Positions 37,137 to 49,439 of a DNA stretch of 64,000 nucleotides are shown in pieces. Source of the DNA: Macrostomum lignano (taxonomy: Eukaryota); assembly GCA_002269645.1 (NCBI GenBank), contig NIVC01003954.1, positions 1 to 64,000 of the forward strand, read 5' to 3'. The position numbers and the translations under genes are program-made. Below the pieces are notes generated by a model. It saw only the letters and a program-made list of their open reading frames with translations. It did no database searches and had not been told where the DNA came from. Numbering within the stretch: position 1 is the stretch's first letter; each line of letters opens with the position of its first letter.

Positions 37137-37926
37137 CCAAAAAGGACCAAGCCATCCAGTTCATCCAGCCCAGCAGTGGCTATTTATTTCAAGTCAAGTG
37201 TCTCGAATCCAGCCTGCCGCCCAGAGCACGGCCGAAGCTATCGGTGGACGGGGCCGCCTGCCCACCTGGGGCAGGTGAGGGACGCGGTGGAGGGGAGCTC
37301 TGTTATCTTATCAGCTCACTGAAGTCGCCCGCCCATTTGCTGTTAACAAAGTTGGAGGGGACGGAGCCGCGGGCAAAGCCAGATTCCAGCTCGCATGCAG
37401 GTATGGGGATCCCCTCGAGCTCGATGTCTGACTTACCTGTAAGCCATGCGTTCCTCTCTACTCTGTTTTCCGTCTACCCCCTGCCGCCCCTTTCTCGCCT
37501 TCCAATTGGCTTCCGGGGCGAACATTTTTTTTGTCAAGCCTTTCCATTTTTTTCTACCAGTCGAATCACTTGGCGTCTCTCTCTCTATTTTGCGTTTTTC
37601 TGGGGCGAAAGAGCGAATGAGTGAGTGAGACACCGGCTGACTCCGATCAAGACTCAACTCAGTACCTTCCTTACTCGCTGAGTTGACGCAAATACTCAGG
37701 CAGCCACCCCTCCTAGCACCTTGCTGGTGTCCACTTCTGCCAACTTCGCTATAAATCATTGCTGCTAGAGAAGCAACACTTTCTAATCAAACAGCGACGG
37801 TCGAAAGCAACAAAAAGCAGGCCTGCATGCAGCTCAGTGCCGAATAAATACTATGTAAAAATAGTGCACTACTGGCCTGCTCTTTTTTACGACTTCGATA
37901 AGAGAGGCAGAGGCCGAGCCTCCAGT

Positions 37927-39070
37927 ATGGACAGAAGAAGGTGGCTGATGCTTCTGCTGCTGCTAAAACTGCTGGCACTTTATCAAGTTGAAGCTTTCGA
38001 CCTTGAATCTACCGAGTCAACGTCAGAAGCAACCAGACCTTCAACCGCGTCACTGGCAGATGCTACAAGAGACTCAACCGCGTCACTAACTGATGCTACA
38101 AGAGACTCAACCGCGTCACTAACTGATGCTACAAGAGACTCAACCGCGTCACTGGCAGATGCTACAAGAGACTCAACCGCGTCACTTGCAGATGCTACAA
38201 GAGACTCAACCGCGTCACTGGCAGATGCTACAAGAGACTCAACCGCGTCACTGGCAGACGCTAAAAGTCGACCGACTGTCTCAACTATAGATGCTGTCAG
38301 TCCCTCGACTGCGCCACTAGTAGAAGCAGAAATTCAGTCTTTCGAATCACCGCTAGAAGCAATTGTACTTTTACTGGCGCCCCGTTACGAACCGCTCAGA
38401 GAGTTAGCCAGCCCGTTAGAACTGCTCAACGCCACACTGGACATTGCTCTAACCAACAACCTAGTGCGCTCTCTGCCAGTTCGACTTAAAAAACGATCGC
38501 ACGAGCTAGGCTGCGACTTCTCCGACTCGATGCGACGAATTATCAAATTAAACTGTCCGCCGAGTAGCGACAAGCAGGCCAGGGTGATCGTCGGTCCGCT
38601 CTGCTCCTACGCGGTGAACAACGTGTTCCTCTGGTTCCGACTGAAGAGCGACGCCCTGATTACCGCCGGTGCTAATTCGGTCAGCTTCGATGAGGCGCAG
38701 TACTCGGAGCTGATTCGCATTGGTACAACAGCAGAGCACGATATGAACGCACTGTTGGCAGCATTTCGCCAAATTCCGGCCTCGGCTGGCCTGAGCCCCT
38801 GGCGAAGAATGCTGTTCGTCTACCAGGACATCATGCGACCGCTGGCTTCCATGTCTAAGCCGAGGAAGGAGCCCTGGTACTACGTCGACAACATCCAGTG
38901 CAAGAATGTGTTTAACGCGCTGAAGTACCACTTCAAAGGTCGACAAGATTATATATTTGAATCGTTTGGAGTCAATTCAAATGTCAAAGAGGACAAGAAA
39001 CAGTCAAGTCAAGAGAAGGACGCCGTTTTTAATAATATCCTCCTGTCTAAGGTTGGAAACCGTCTATCTG
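37927..39070 (+). CDS. Receptor guanylyl cyclase variable cassette V2 (single exon: signal peptide, 7x 11-aa Ser/Thr repeat, ANF-receptor domain N-terminal part)
   Basis: MDRRRWLMLLLLLKLLALYQVEA leader; AIVLLLAP...GCD...VIVGPLCSYAV...LITAGA...ELIRIG...WRRMLFVY; donor TCTG|GTGAGT, phase 1. Confidence 0.9.
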
Positions 39071-39814
39071 GTGAGTGACTCATTGATGAGCTCCGGCTTC
39101 AGCATCTGAAGATGTCGCTTAATGTTTTGGGTTTGATATACCCATGTCAGTTATAGGGTTTAAGAACAGGGGGTAGGGTGGCTCTTTGACTGTTAAGAGC
39201 AAGATGGTGTCGTCAGTAGTCCACTGACTGATGTACATCTACAGAGGAAGGGGCAGCGATGTGACAAACTGATGTACATCTACAGAGGAAGGGGTAGCGA
39301 TGGCTCCTCACAAACTGATGTACATCTACAGAGGAAGGGGTAGTGATGGCTCCTCACTGAATGATGTACATCTGAAGTGCTCTCTACAAGTTTTAAAAAA
39401 GAACTGGTCTAATCTAATCCAGAGTACGAGATACTTTGCTCTTCTAAATTTTTCAACTTCAAAGAGAAGATTCCGATTCAACGAATTTTCCATTCAAAAA
39501 AGATTTAACCGGATCAGCCACTTCAACCCATTTGAAGCGGCTGCACTTTTCCTACTCGAAGTTCAAGCGGCCGAATTCGCAAATTAATTAATACGCAATT
39601 TTCGGCTTCGTTTTCGGACAGACAGAAATCCTGCTCTTTGTCGGCAGGCATAAATTTCTGGCAAATTTTCGATAGGGTTTTAATTTGTATAAAATTTCCG
39701 ACAGACTTATGGAGCTGTGTAGGTTGGCTCTCCATATCCATATTCCAGACATGGTGGGCAACCTCTATCGCTTTCGAAATTTTAGTATTGGAGAGTGACT
39801 TTCCATCCATTAGC

Positions 39815-41420
39815 CATGGAGAGTGACTTTCCATCAATTAGCCATGGAGAGTGACTTTCCATCAATTAGTCATGGAGAGTGACTTTCCATCAATTAGTCA
39901 TGGAGAGTGACTTTCCATCAATTAGTCATAGAGAGTGACTTCCTGTTCCTTAGCCATGGAGAGTGACTTTCTGTTCCTTATTCATGGAGAGTAATTTCTA
40001 TTCCTTAGTCATGGAGAGTGACTTTCTGTTCCTTAGTCATGGAGAGTGACTTTCTGTTCCTTAGTCATGGAGAGTGACTTTCTATCAATGAGTCATGGAG
40101 AGTGAATTTCTATTTCTTAGTCATGGAGAGTGACTTTCTATCCCTTAGTCATGGAGAGTGAATTTCTATTCCTTGGTCATGGAGAGTGACTTTCTATTCC
40201 TTAGTCATGGAGAGTGACTTTCTATTCCTTAGTCATGGAGAGTGACTTTCTATTCCTTAGTCATGGAGAGTGACTTTCTATTCCTTAGTCATGGAGAGTG
40301 ACTTTCTATCCCTTATTCATGGAGAGTGACTTTCTATTCCTTAGTCATGGAGAGTGACTTTCTATCCTTAGTCATGGAGAGTGAATTTCTATTCCTTAGT
40401 CATGGAGAGTGACTTTCTATTCCTTAGTCATGGAGAGTGACTTTCTATTTCTTAGTCATGGAGAGTGACTTTCTATTCCTTAGTCATGGAGAGTGAATTT
40501 CTATCCCTTAGTCATGGAGAGTGAATTTCTATTCCTTAGTCATGGAGAGTGACTTTCTATGATCCTTAGTCATGGAGAGTGACTTTCTATTTCTTAGTCA
40601 TGGAGAGTGACTTTCTATTTCTTAGTCATGGAGAGTGACTTTCTGTTCCTTAGTCATGGAGAGTGCCTTCTATCAGTGAGTCATGGAGAGTGACTTTTTA
40701 TCAATTAGTCATGGAGAGTGCCTTCTATCAGTGAGTCATGGAGAGTGACTTCTATCAATGAGTCATGGAGAGTGCCTTCTATCAATGAGTCATGGAGAGT
40801 GCCTTCTATCAATGAGTCATGGAGAGTGCCTTCTATCAATGAGTCATGGAGAGTGCCTTCTATCAATGAGTCATGGAGAGTGCCTTCTATCAATGAGTCA
40901 TGGAGAGTGACTTTCTGTTCCTTATTCATGGAGAGTGCCTTCTATCAGTGAGTCATGGAGAGTGACTTTTTATCAATTAGCCATGGAGAGTGCCTTCTAT
41001 CAATGAGTCATGGAGAGTGCCTTCTATTCCTTAGTCATGGAGAGTGCCTTCTATCAGTGAGTCATGGAGAGTGACTTTCTATTCCTTAGTCATGGAGAGT
41101 GCCTTCTATCAATGAGTCATGGAGAGTGACTTTCTGTTCCTTAGTCATGGAGAGTGCCTTCTATCAGTGAGTCATGGAGAGTGACTTTCTGTTCCTTAGT
41201 CATGGAGAGTGCCTTCTATCAGTGAGTCATGGAGAGTGACTTTTTATCAATTAGCCATGGAGAGTGCCTTCTATCAATGAGTCATGGAGAGTGACTTTCT
41301 GTTCCTTAGTCATGGAGAGTGCCTTCTATCAGTGAGTCATGGAGAGTGACTTTCTGTTCCTTAGTCATGGAGAGTGCCTTCTATCAATGAGTCATGGAGA
41401 GTGACTTTCTGTTCCTTATT
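39815..41420 (+). repeat. ~30-bp minisatellite (AGTCATGGAGAGTGACTTTCTATTCCTT)n
   Basis: ~55 units with two variant classes. Confidence 0.96.
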
Positions 41421-41959
41421 CATGAATGGTGACTTTCCATCACACAAACATATAAAGTATAAAAGCAATATGCCTTCAAGATGACATGCTCACAGATCGG
41501 GTATGCACTTGAGTCAGCTCAGGATTGAGTGCAATTGGACTCAAACTGAATTTTACAATATGAAATCCAGTCCAATTTCGGGGAATAATAAACTAATAAA
41601 TCAAATGAATCAGCTAGTCTGCCAACAAAAAAGACAAAATTATTTTTTCCTCAATCAAGTTTAAAAGCTTGATATGATAGTTGGAGAAGAGCCAGTTAAA
41701 GGGTGGAATCACGAATTCACAATTTTTTTCATAGCGTTTTGTCAAATAAATTGCACAAATACAGATTCGTATTTTCGCGCATTCCTACTAAGCTATAAGT
41801 AGGCAGTGGAGAACATTTAATCTGCAGTGAATCTACTCTCCTAACAATTTGGGGTTTTTCGGGGTTTCGCTCAATTATACCTTTTTAAGTTAGTCTTCAG
41901 CCTAACAGCCTAACGTAGTCTTCAGTTCGCATAGCATAGTCGTATGCGAACAAGAGGGC

Positions 41960-42540
41960 AGAGGGTAGAGGAAGGAAAGTAGAGGGTAGAGGTAGAGCGT
42001 AGACAGTAAAGTAGAGGGTAGCTTTACCCTCAGGGTAGAAGGTAGAGGGTATAGAGGGTAGATGATAGAGGGTAGAGGGTAGAGCGTAGACAGTAGAGTA
42101 GAGGGTAAAGGGTAGCTTTACCCTCAGGGTAGAAGGTAGAGGGTATAGAGGGTAGATGATAGAGGGTAGAGGGTAGAGCGTAGACAGTAGAGTAGAGGGT
42201 AAAGGGTAGCTTTACCCTCATGGTAGAGGGTAGAGGGTAGAGAGTAGAGGGTAGAGGGTAGAGGGTAGAGAGTAGAGGGTAGAAGGTAGAAGGTAGCTTT
42301 ACCCTCAGGGTAGAAGGTAGAGGGTATAGAGGGTAGATAATAGAGGGTAGAGGGTAGAGCGTAGACAGTAAAGAGTAGAGAGTAGAGGGTAGATGGTAGA
42401 GAGTAAATAGTAGAGAGTAGAGGGTAGAGAGTAGAGAGTAGAGAGTAGAGAGTAGAGGATAGAGGGTAGAGAGTAGAGGGTAGATGGTAAATGATAGAGA
42501 GTAGAAGGTAGAGGGTAGAGGTTAGAGGGTAGCTTTACCC
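41960..42540 (+). repeat. (GTAGAG)-based satellite with a higher-order ~89-bp unit
   Basis: Recurrent GGGTAGCTTTACCCTCAGGGTAGAAGG anchor. Confidence 0.85.
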
Positions 42541-43514
42541 TCCAAAAGCTAGCCGAGTTCACTTATTCAGTTTGCGATCTATTGAATCAAACTGTATTGA
42601 AACGCGAGTAGCCAAGGTTAGCACCTGATACCTAAAGTTTTCATTCAATTCTCAAATCTTTGGGTCAATCCATCCTTTAATGAGTCGGTTCAGTTTCGCT
42701 TGCAGTCTTGCAGTCAGCAGAGACAAGGACATCTCCAGCCTGCTGCCGATGCCCCAGTCCTTCTTTACTAGTTAAATATTTCCTTTTCTACGAACGAACC
42801 AACAGAGGGAACAGAGGACTGGGACTGCTAAGAGTATGTTTGATCAGAAACCCCTCCTCCTATCCAGCTTCCACATTCTGCTCTTTCTTCCCCACATCTT
42901 TCTGTGTGTGGTTTCTTTCGGGAAAATTTTTCCCAAACTCGAATTGCTTCGGTTTCTTAAACACCCACCTGGGGTTATTTACCGTTCACGAGGAGCCCTG
43001 CAATTAGTGACTTTTGGTACTTTTGATGCTGCGCTGACCCTCAGCACCTCAGAAATTGTGAGCTTACAGATTAATCCTGACTCGAACCCGTAGAAGGCAA
43101 GCAATAATGGCTAAACTTGGCCATTTCTGTAACAGAATATCCTTAATCTTTTTCCTAGGCTTTTTTGCCTAAGGCGATTGACAACTGCTCTTTGGGATGA
43201 AGGGCAGGGACTTGAGATATTGCATGACTAGAGGAGGCTGAGGCCGCTCCAGACCGATGACATATTGAATTGACTTTGGCCAGCACTTTTGCAAAAGAAA
43301 ATTGTTTGCAAAGACTAAAATATTAGAGAAGACGATTTCTGGGACACAGAAAATCTCAAGGAAGTCACGAGCGAGCGGACAGGAAGATGATAAGAGAGGC
43401 ACTCGCAGACAGGGTTGTTAGGGCGTTTCGGACTGAGTTCCTTCTTGGACTTTGTCAGTCAGCTGGGTTACGGTTAATCCTTGCTGGGTTTTTTGGTTTC
43501 TGCTGAGGCTCCAT

Positions 43515-44315
43515 TTAGTTGATTTTGTTTCCTAATTGGTAGATTTTGTCTCCTAATTGGTAGATTTTGTCTCCTAATTGGTAGATTTTGTTTCCTAATT
43601 GGTAGATTTTGTCTCCTAATTGGTAGATTTTGTCTCCTAATTGGTAGATTTTGTCTCCTAATTGGTAGATTTTGTTTCCTAATTGGTAGATTTTGTCTCC
43701 TAATTGGTAGATTTTGTTTCCTAATTGGTAGATTTTGTCTCCTGATTGGTAGATTTTGTCTCCTGATTGGTAGATTTTGTCTCCTAATTGGTAGATTTTG
43801 TTTCCTAATTGGTAGATTTTGTCTCCTAATTGGTAGATTTTGTTTCCTAATTGGTAGATTTTGTTTCCTAATTGGTAGATTTTTTTCCTAATTGGAGGAT
43901 TTTGTTTCCTAATTGGTAGATTTTGTCTCCTAATTGGTAGATTTGTTTCCTAATTGGTAGATTTTGTCTCCTAATTGGTAGATTTGTCTCCTAATTGGTA
44001 GATTTTGTTTCCTAATTGGTAGATTTTGTTTCCTAATTGGTAGATTTTGTCTCCTAATTGGTAGATTTTGTCTCCTAATCGGTAGATTTTGTTTCCTAAT
44101 TAGTAGATTTTGTCTCCTAATTGGTAGTTTTGTCTCCTAATAGGTAGATTTTTTCTCCTAATTGGCATATTTTGTCTTTTAATTGGTAGATTTTGTCTCC
44201 TAATGGGTAGATTTTGTCTCCTAATTGGTATATTTTGTCTTTTAATTGGTAGATTTTGTCTCCTTATTGGTAGATTTTGTCTCCTAATTGGTAGATTTTG
44301 TTTCCTAATTACTAG
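43515..44315 (+). repeat. 22-bp minisatellite (CTAATTGGTAGATTTTGTCTC)n
   Basis: ~36 units. Confidence 0.95.
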
Positions 44316-45073
44316 ATATGGTCTTGAGTTTACAAGCAGGACTTCCTTAGTCTATAATGCAGGAAACTCAGCAAAAGCACTGTATTTTGTTTAGTAACCA
44401 ACTGACTCACACTGAACTGTATGTTAAACCTCTGCTAACACAATCGGGTACTCGTGGGCCCTCAGGCCCCACTTGGAGGCATAGTGAATCAATATAGATA
44501 AGATTAATAAAAAATTACCTGCACTAATAACTTCACTAATATTGGTTAAAAACGAATCGCTAGCTCAGCTCCGAGCATAGCTAAGTTTAATTTTTCGAGA
44601 TAAACCTTATATTTATTAGTGGATATTTCTCGAATGCTCCACCAAGCAATTCCTTACTCTCTCTCCCCTACCCTCCAACCCCCCCCCCTCTGGTGGAGTT
44701 GGCTGGGTCAACGGGGGTTGGTTGGCTGTTGGGGTGCCCTGGTCACCGCCTCCCCAAAGATAGGGCAGGGGGCCTCTTGTTGGTTTAAGGGCAAGGCAAG
44801 AAAGAAACCTGCCTTTCCAAACAGCCGCAAAAGCAACTTTATAAACGCCCCAACGCAAGTTTTTTTAATGCCAAGAACACAGACCTGAGACCAAAAACAG
44901 TCCCTATTTTAAGAGTTCAAGGCTCGAACAGCTTCTTACAAGCAAAATAAACGCAATTCTCTTTCCCTAACTTTGGTGTTTGTTTCTTTCGAAAATTCTT
45001 TGAAAGATCAACAGCCTGGCAGTTATGACAGAGCGCCATCGCGTATTTTATTAGCCGAACCAATTGAATAAGT

Positions 45074-45411
45074 ATGCAAAAGCAAACGCTATTGCTGCTT
45101 CCACTGCTGATTCTGTTGGATTGTCCGGCCGAAGTCAAAGCGGAGCAGTTCCGCCTGCTGTGCCTGCTGCCTCAGGACAGCCCCTACCAGTTCGACCACA
45201 GCCTGGTCGCCCCCAGCACCGACCTGGTCATGGACAGCCTGACTGCGCGAGGTCTCAACAAGCACTTCAGTCTGAACATCAGCTTTGAGAATTCCACCTG
45301 TTCGAACAGGGCCGCCCTGCCGGCCATGGAGTACTATTACTCTGGCCGGGTGGACGGCTTCCTTGGCCTGGCCTGTCCGGAAAGTTGCAGCCAAGTCGTC
45401 CAGTATTCGGG
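45074..45411 (+). CDS. Receptor guanylyl cyclase variable cassette V3, exon a
   Basis: MQKQTLLLLPLLILLDC leader; FRLLCLLPQD...FENSTCS...RVDGFLGLAC; donor GG|GTGAGG, phase 2. Confidence 0.88.
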
Positions 45412-45665
45412 GTGAGGAGTCCTTGAAGTCCTTGAATGTACTTTGATGGTCGAAAAAGTTCTTACCAAAATCCACACCTCATCCATTGCCGATAGCCTCA
45501 GAAACTTTTATCCACATTAGTGGCTTAACCCAGTCCCCATTAATTCCCCCCATTTAGTCCCCGAGCTGTCAAATGAGAACCCAATTCATTAAAAAACAAA
45601 ATTTTCGAAAAACACAGGCCGCTACAGGGACTGCTGAAACAGAAGGACCATGTACTGGGGCGCTT

Positions 45666-46335
45666 TCATATCTCCGACACTTCATATCTCCGACACTTCA
45701 TATCTCCGACACTTCATATCTCCGACACTTCACATCTCCGACATTTCATATCTCCGACACTTCATATCTCCGACACTTCATATCTCCGACACTTCATATC
45801 TCTGTCACTTCATATCTCCGACACTTCATATCTCTGTCACTTCATATCTCCGACACTTCATATCTCCGACACTTCACATCTCCGACATTTCATATCTCCG
45901 ACACTTCATATCTCCGACACTTCATATCTCCGACACTTCATATCTCTGTCACTTCATATCTCCGACACTTCATATCTCTGTCACTTCATATCTCCGACAC
46001 TTCATATCTCCGACACTTCACATCTCCGACATTTCATATCTCCGACACTTCATATCTCCGACACTTCACATCTCCGACATTTCATATCTCCGACACTTCA
46101 TATCTCCGACACTTCACATCTCCGACATTTCATATCTCCGACACTTCATATCTCCGACATTTCATATCTCTGTCACTTCATATCTCCGACACTTCATATC
46201 TCCGACACTTCATATCTCTGTCACTTCATATCTCCGACACTTCATATCTCTGTCACTTCATATCTCCGACACTTCATATCTCCGACACTTCATATCTCCG
46301 ACACTTCATATCTCTGTCACTTCCTATCTCCGACA
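45666..46335 (+). repeat. 17-bp minisatellite (TCCGACACTTCATATC)n
   Basis: ~40 units; inverted degenerate copies follow at ~46355-46430. Confidence 0.95.
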
Positions 46336-46534
46336 AGCTTAACCCCTATGCCTAAGATATGAAGTGTCGGATGTATGAAACTTCGGATATGTACAACGTT
46401 GAAAGTATGACATTTCGGAGATGTAAAACCCTCATTGGGAGCGGTTGTTTACGCTGCCACGAAATTGTGTGCCACAAAAAAGTTGACCTCACGCACACAG
46501 CAACCTTTTTTGACTTTTGTCTGTAAGAACTCGT

Positions 46535-47075
46535 TTGGGCACCCCTCTGACACTAATTTGGGCACCCCTCTGACACTAATTTTGGCGCCCCTCTGACACT
46601 AATTTTGGCGCCCCTCTGACTCATTTTGGCACCCCTCTGAAACTCATTTTGGCGCCCCTCTGACACTCATTTTGGCACCCCTCTGAAACTCATTTTGGCG
46701 CCCCTCTGACACTCATTTTGGCACCCCTCTGAAACTCACTTTGGCGCCCCTCTGACACTCATTTTGGCGCCCCTCTGACACTCATTTTGGCACCCCTCTG
46801 ACACTCATTTTGGCGCCCCTCTGACACTCATTTTGGCGCCCCTCTGACACTCATTTTGGCACCCCTCTGAAACTCATTTTGGCGCCCCTCTGACACTCAT
46901 TTTGGTGCCTCCCTGACACTCATTTTTGGGACCCTCTGATACTCATTTTGGCACCCCTCTGACACTCATTTTGGCACCCCTCTGACACTCAGTTTGGTGC
47001 CTCCCTGACACTCATTTTGGCGTCCCCTGACACTCATTTTGGCGCCCCTCTGACACTCATTTTGACGCCCCTCAA
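46535..47075 (+). repeat. ~23-bp minisatellite (GGC[A/G]CCCCTCTGACACTCATTTT)n
   Basis: Tandem units ending just before the V3b acceptor. Confidence 0.95.
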
Positions 47076-47135
47076 AAATGTTTCCAACAGAAAATTTAAT
47101 GAATTATTGACCTAATACTGCGATTGCACAATCAG

Positions 47136-47491
47136 GGAGCGGTGGAACAAGCCGGTAGTCAGCATTGGAGCAGTTGAGATGGCATTCCGCGACAGTGCAA
47201 ACATCCAATACAGACACGACATCTTTGTTCGAGTCAGCTTTGATAGCGGCGAACTGATTCACTCAATTGTGAAGGCAATTTTTCTGCCAAACGCTTGGCG
47301 AAAGTTTTTCGGCATGTTCACCTGGTCGCACGGATACGCTAAGAACAGTGGCAATCTGTTTATGCAAGGCTTCAACTGGGTACGGCAGCGAATGAATATG
47401 AAAGCCGACTACTTTGACACGCAGAATAGGACCTTTACAGAAGAGGAGATTACTAACACGTTGAAGCAGAGAATCGCATCGAAATACTCCG
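47136..47491 (+). CDS. Receptor guanylyl cyclase variable cassette V3, exon b
   Basis: Acceptor AATCAG|G (phase 2, matches V3a); ERWNKPVVSIGA...IFVRVS...NAWRKF; donor TCCG|GTAAGA, phase 1. Confidence 0.87.
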
Positions 47492-47674
47492 GTAAGAATG
47501 AATCGGAGCCTTCAGAGTCTTCGCGATCAAATATTGAAAAGCCGAACCGATTTTAGCTTGTTACAACATTTTAGCGATATGTCTTCTATCAAATGCTTCC
47601 CATATCTTCCTAGCTTTTCAATCGGGCCAAGAAATCAGCCGTTGCCCTGATTTCCACAAGTTAAGGTGGAAAAG

Positions 47675-48645
47675 GAGTGGTGGGGCACACAAACAGCCAC
47701 CCCAACCAATTTAGGCGGAAAAGGGGCGGTGGGGCACACAAACAGCCACCCCAACCAATTTAGGCGGAAAAGGGGCGGTGGGGCACACGAACAGCCACCC
47801 CAACCAATTTAGGCGGACAAGGGGCGGTGGGGCACTCAAACAGCCACCCCAACCAATTAAAGCGGACAAGGGGTGGTGGGGCACTCAACCAGCCACGCCA
47901 ACCAATTTAGGCGGAAAAGGGGCGGTGGGGCACAAACAGCCACCCCAACCAATTTAGGCGGAAAAGGGGCGGTGGGGCACACAAACAGCCACCCCAACCA
48001 ATTTAGGCGGAAAAGGGGCGGTGGGGCACTCAAACAGCCACCCCAACCAATTAAAGCGGAAAAGGGGCGGTGGGGCACTCAACCAGCCACGCCAACCAAT
48101 TTAGGCAAAAAAGGGGCGGTGGGGCACAAACAGCCACCCCAACCAATTTAGGCGGAAAAGGGGCGGTGGGGCACAAACAGCCACCCCAACCAATTTAGGC
48201 GGACAAGGGGCGGTGGGGCACAAACAGCCACCCCAACCAATTTAGGCGGACAAGGGGCGGTGGGGCACTCAAACAGCCACCCCAACCAATTAAAGCGGAC
48301 AAGGGGTGGTGGGGCACTCAAACAGCCACGCCAACCAATTTAGGCGGAAAAGGGGCGGTGGGGCACTCAACCAGCCACGCCAACCAATTTAGGCGGAAAA
48401 GGGGCGGTGGGGCACAAACAGCCACCCCAACCAATTTAGGCGGAAAAGGGGCGGTGGGGCACTCAACACAGCCACCCCAACCAATTTAGGCGGAAAAGGG
48501 GCGGTGGGGCACTCAACACAGCCACCCCAACCAATTTAGGCGGAAAAGGGGCGGTGGGGCACTCAACACAGCCACCCCAACCAATTTAGGCGGAAAAGGG
48601 GCGGTGGGGCACACGAAACAGCCACCCCAACCAGTTAAGGCGGAA
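47675..48645 (+). repeat. 52-54 bp minisatellite (GGCGGAAAAGGGGCGGTGGGGCACAAACAGCCACCCCAACCAATTTA)n
   Basis: ~19 units with an internal GGTGG..GGC/GCC..ACC stem. Confidence 0.95.
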
Positions 48646-49439
48646 AAGGGGCCGTGGTGTATTTTTTATGCAATGCAAATCTCAATGAAATTTCTACCAT
48701 TCTTAACTTAGAAATATCAACAAATAAGGCGGAAACCCAAGCGCATCTACTGATAGTAGCTTGTTTAAAACGACGTAAAAATCCACAGAACGAGATTGTA
48801 CCCCTAATCGTACGCTCACATGAGCGAGATGCCAAAATAATTTAATCCGTCCTCGGCCACACGCGACAGTCTGTCGCAATAATCGTGAATTTAAAGGCAG
48901 TGCAGAGAGCGGTCAGTTTGACCAGTAGCTCTGCAAAAACCCCTACTTCATCTCTCTTCGTGCAAGCATGCAGTCCCCTGCAGAGTGGCAGCTTGCCCAT
49001 TACTCAAAAAATATGTCTGACCAACGCTGAGCAACTTAATTAATCGCATAAATGCAATCGAGTTGGCAGTGGGCAGTGTGGTAGCAGGCATGGTCACACT
49101 CTGTCTCACCTCACTTTCTGCCTGTCACATGGACTAGCCAACCCCCGCCTCGCCGGAGCATTTCTGAATGCGAAGAGACTGAACGGGTGTAGCGGCTTCA
49201 GTACTCCTATCCAGCCAGTACTTTCAGATGTTAGGCTTCAGTGTTCACCCTTAATGCGGTTACATCCCTCCGGCAGTAGAGCTCTTCCCACACAGTTGTC
49301 ATATCTTATTCATCATTTTGTCAAATATGGCTTTCATTCTAACACCGGCACAGACCATTAATAGAACATAAAAATTAATAGTTATTATCAGTACTAAAAT
49401 GCATTTCAATTCCTTACGTTTTGCAATTGAAATCTCCCA

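Noticed and set aside
42700-43480. Possible LINE/RT remnant or fifth variable cassette
   Set aside because: Short broken ORFs with no signal peptide, no ANF-receptor motifs and no convincing RT motif.
47675-48645. CRISPR-like array (also 39815-41420 and 22310-23020)
   Set aside because: Units are contiguous with no unique spacers, there are no cas genes, and the context is eukaryotic and spliceosomal.
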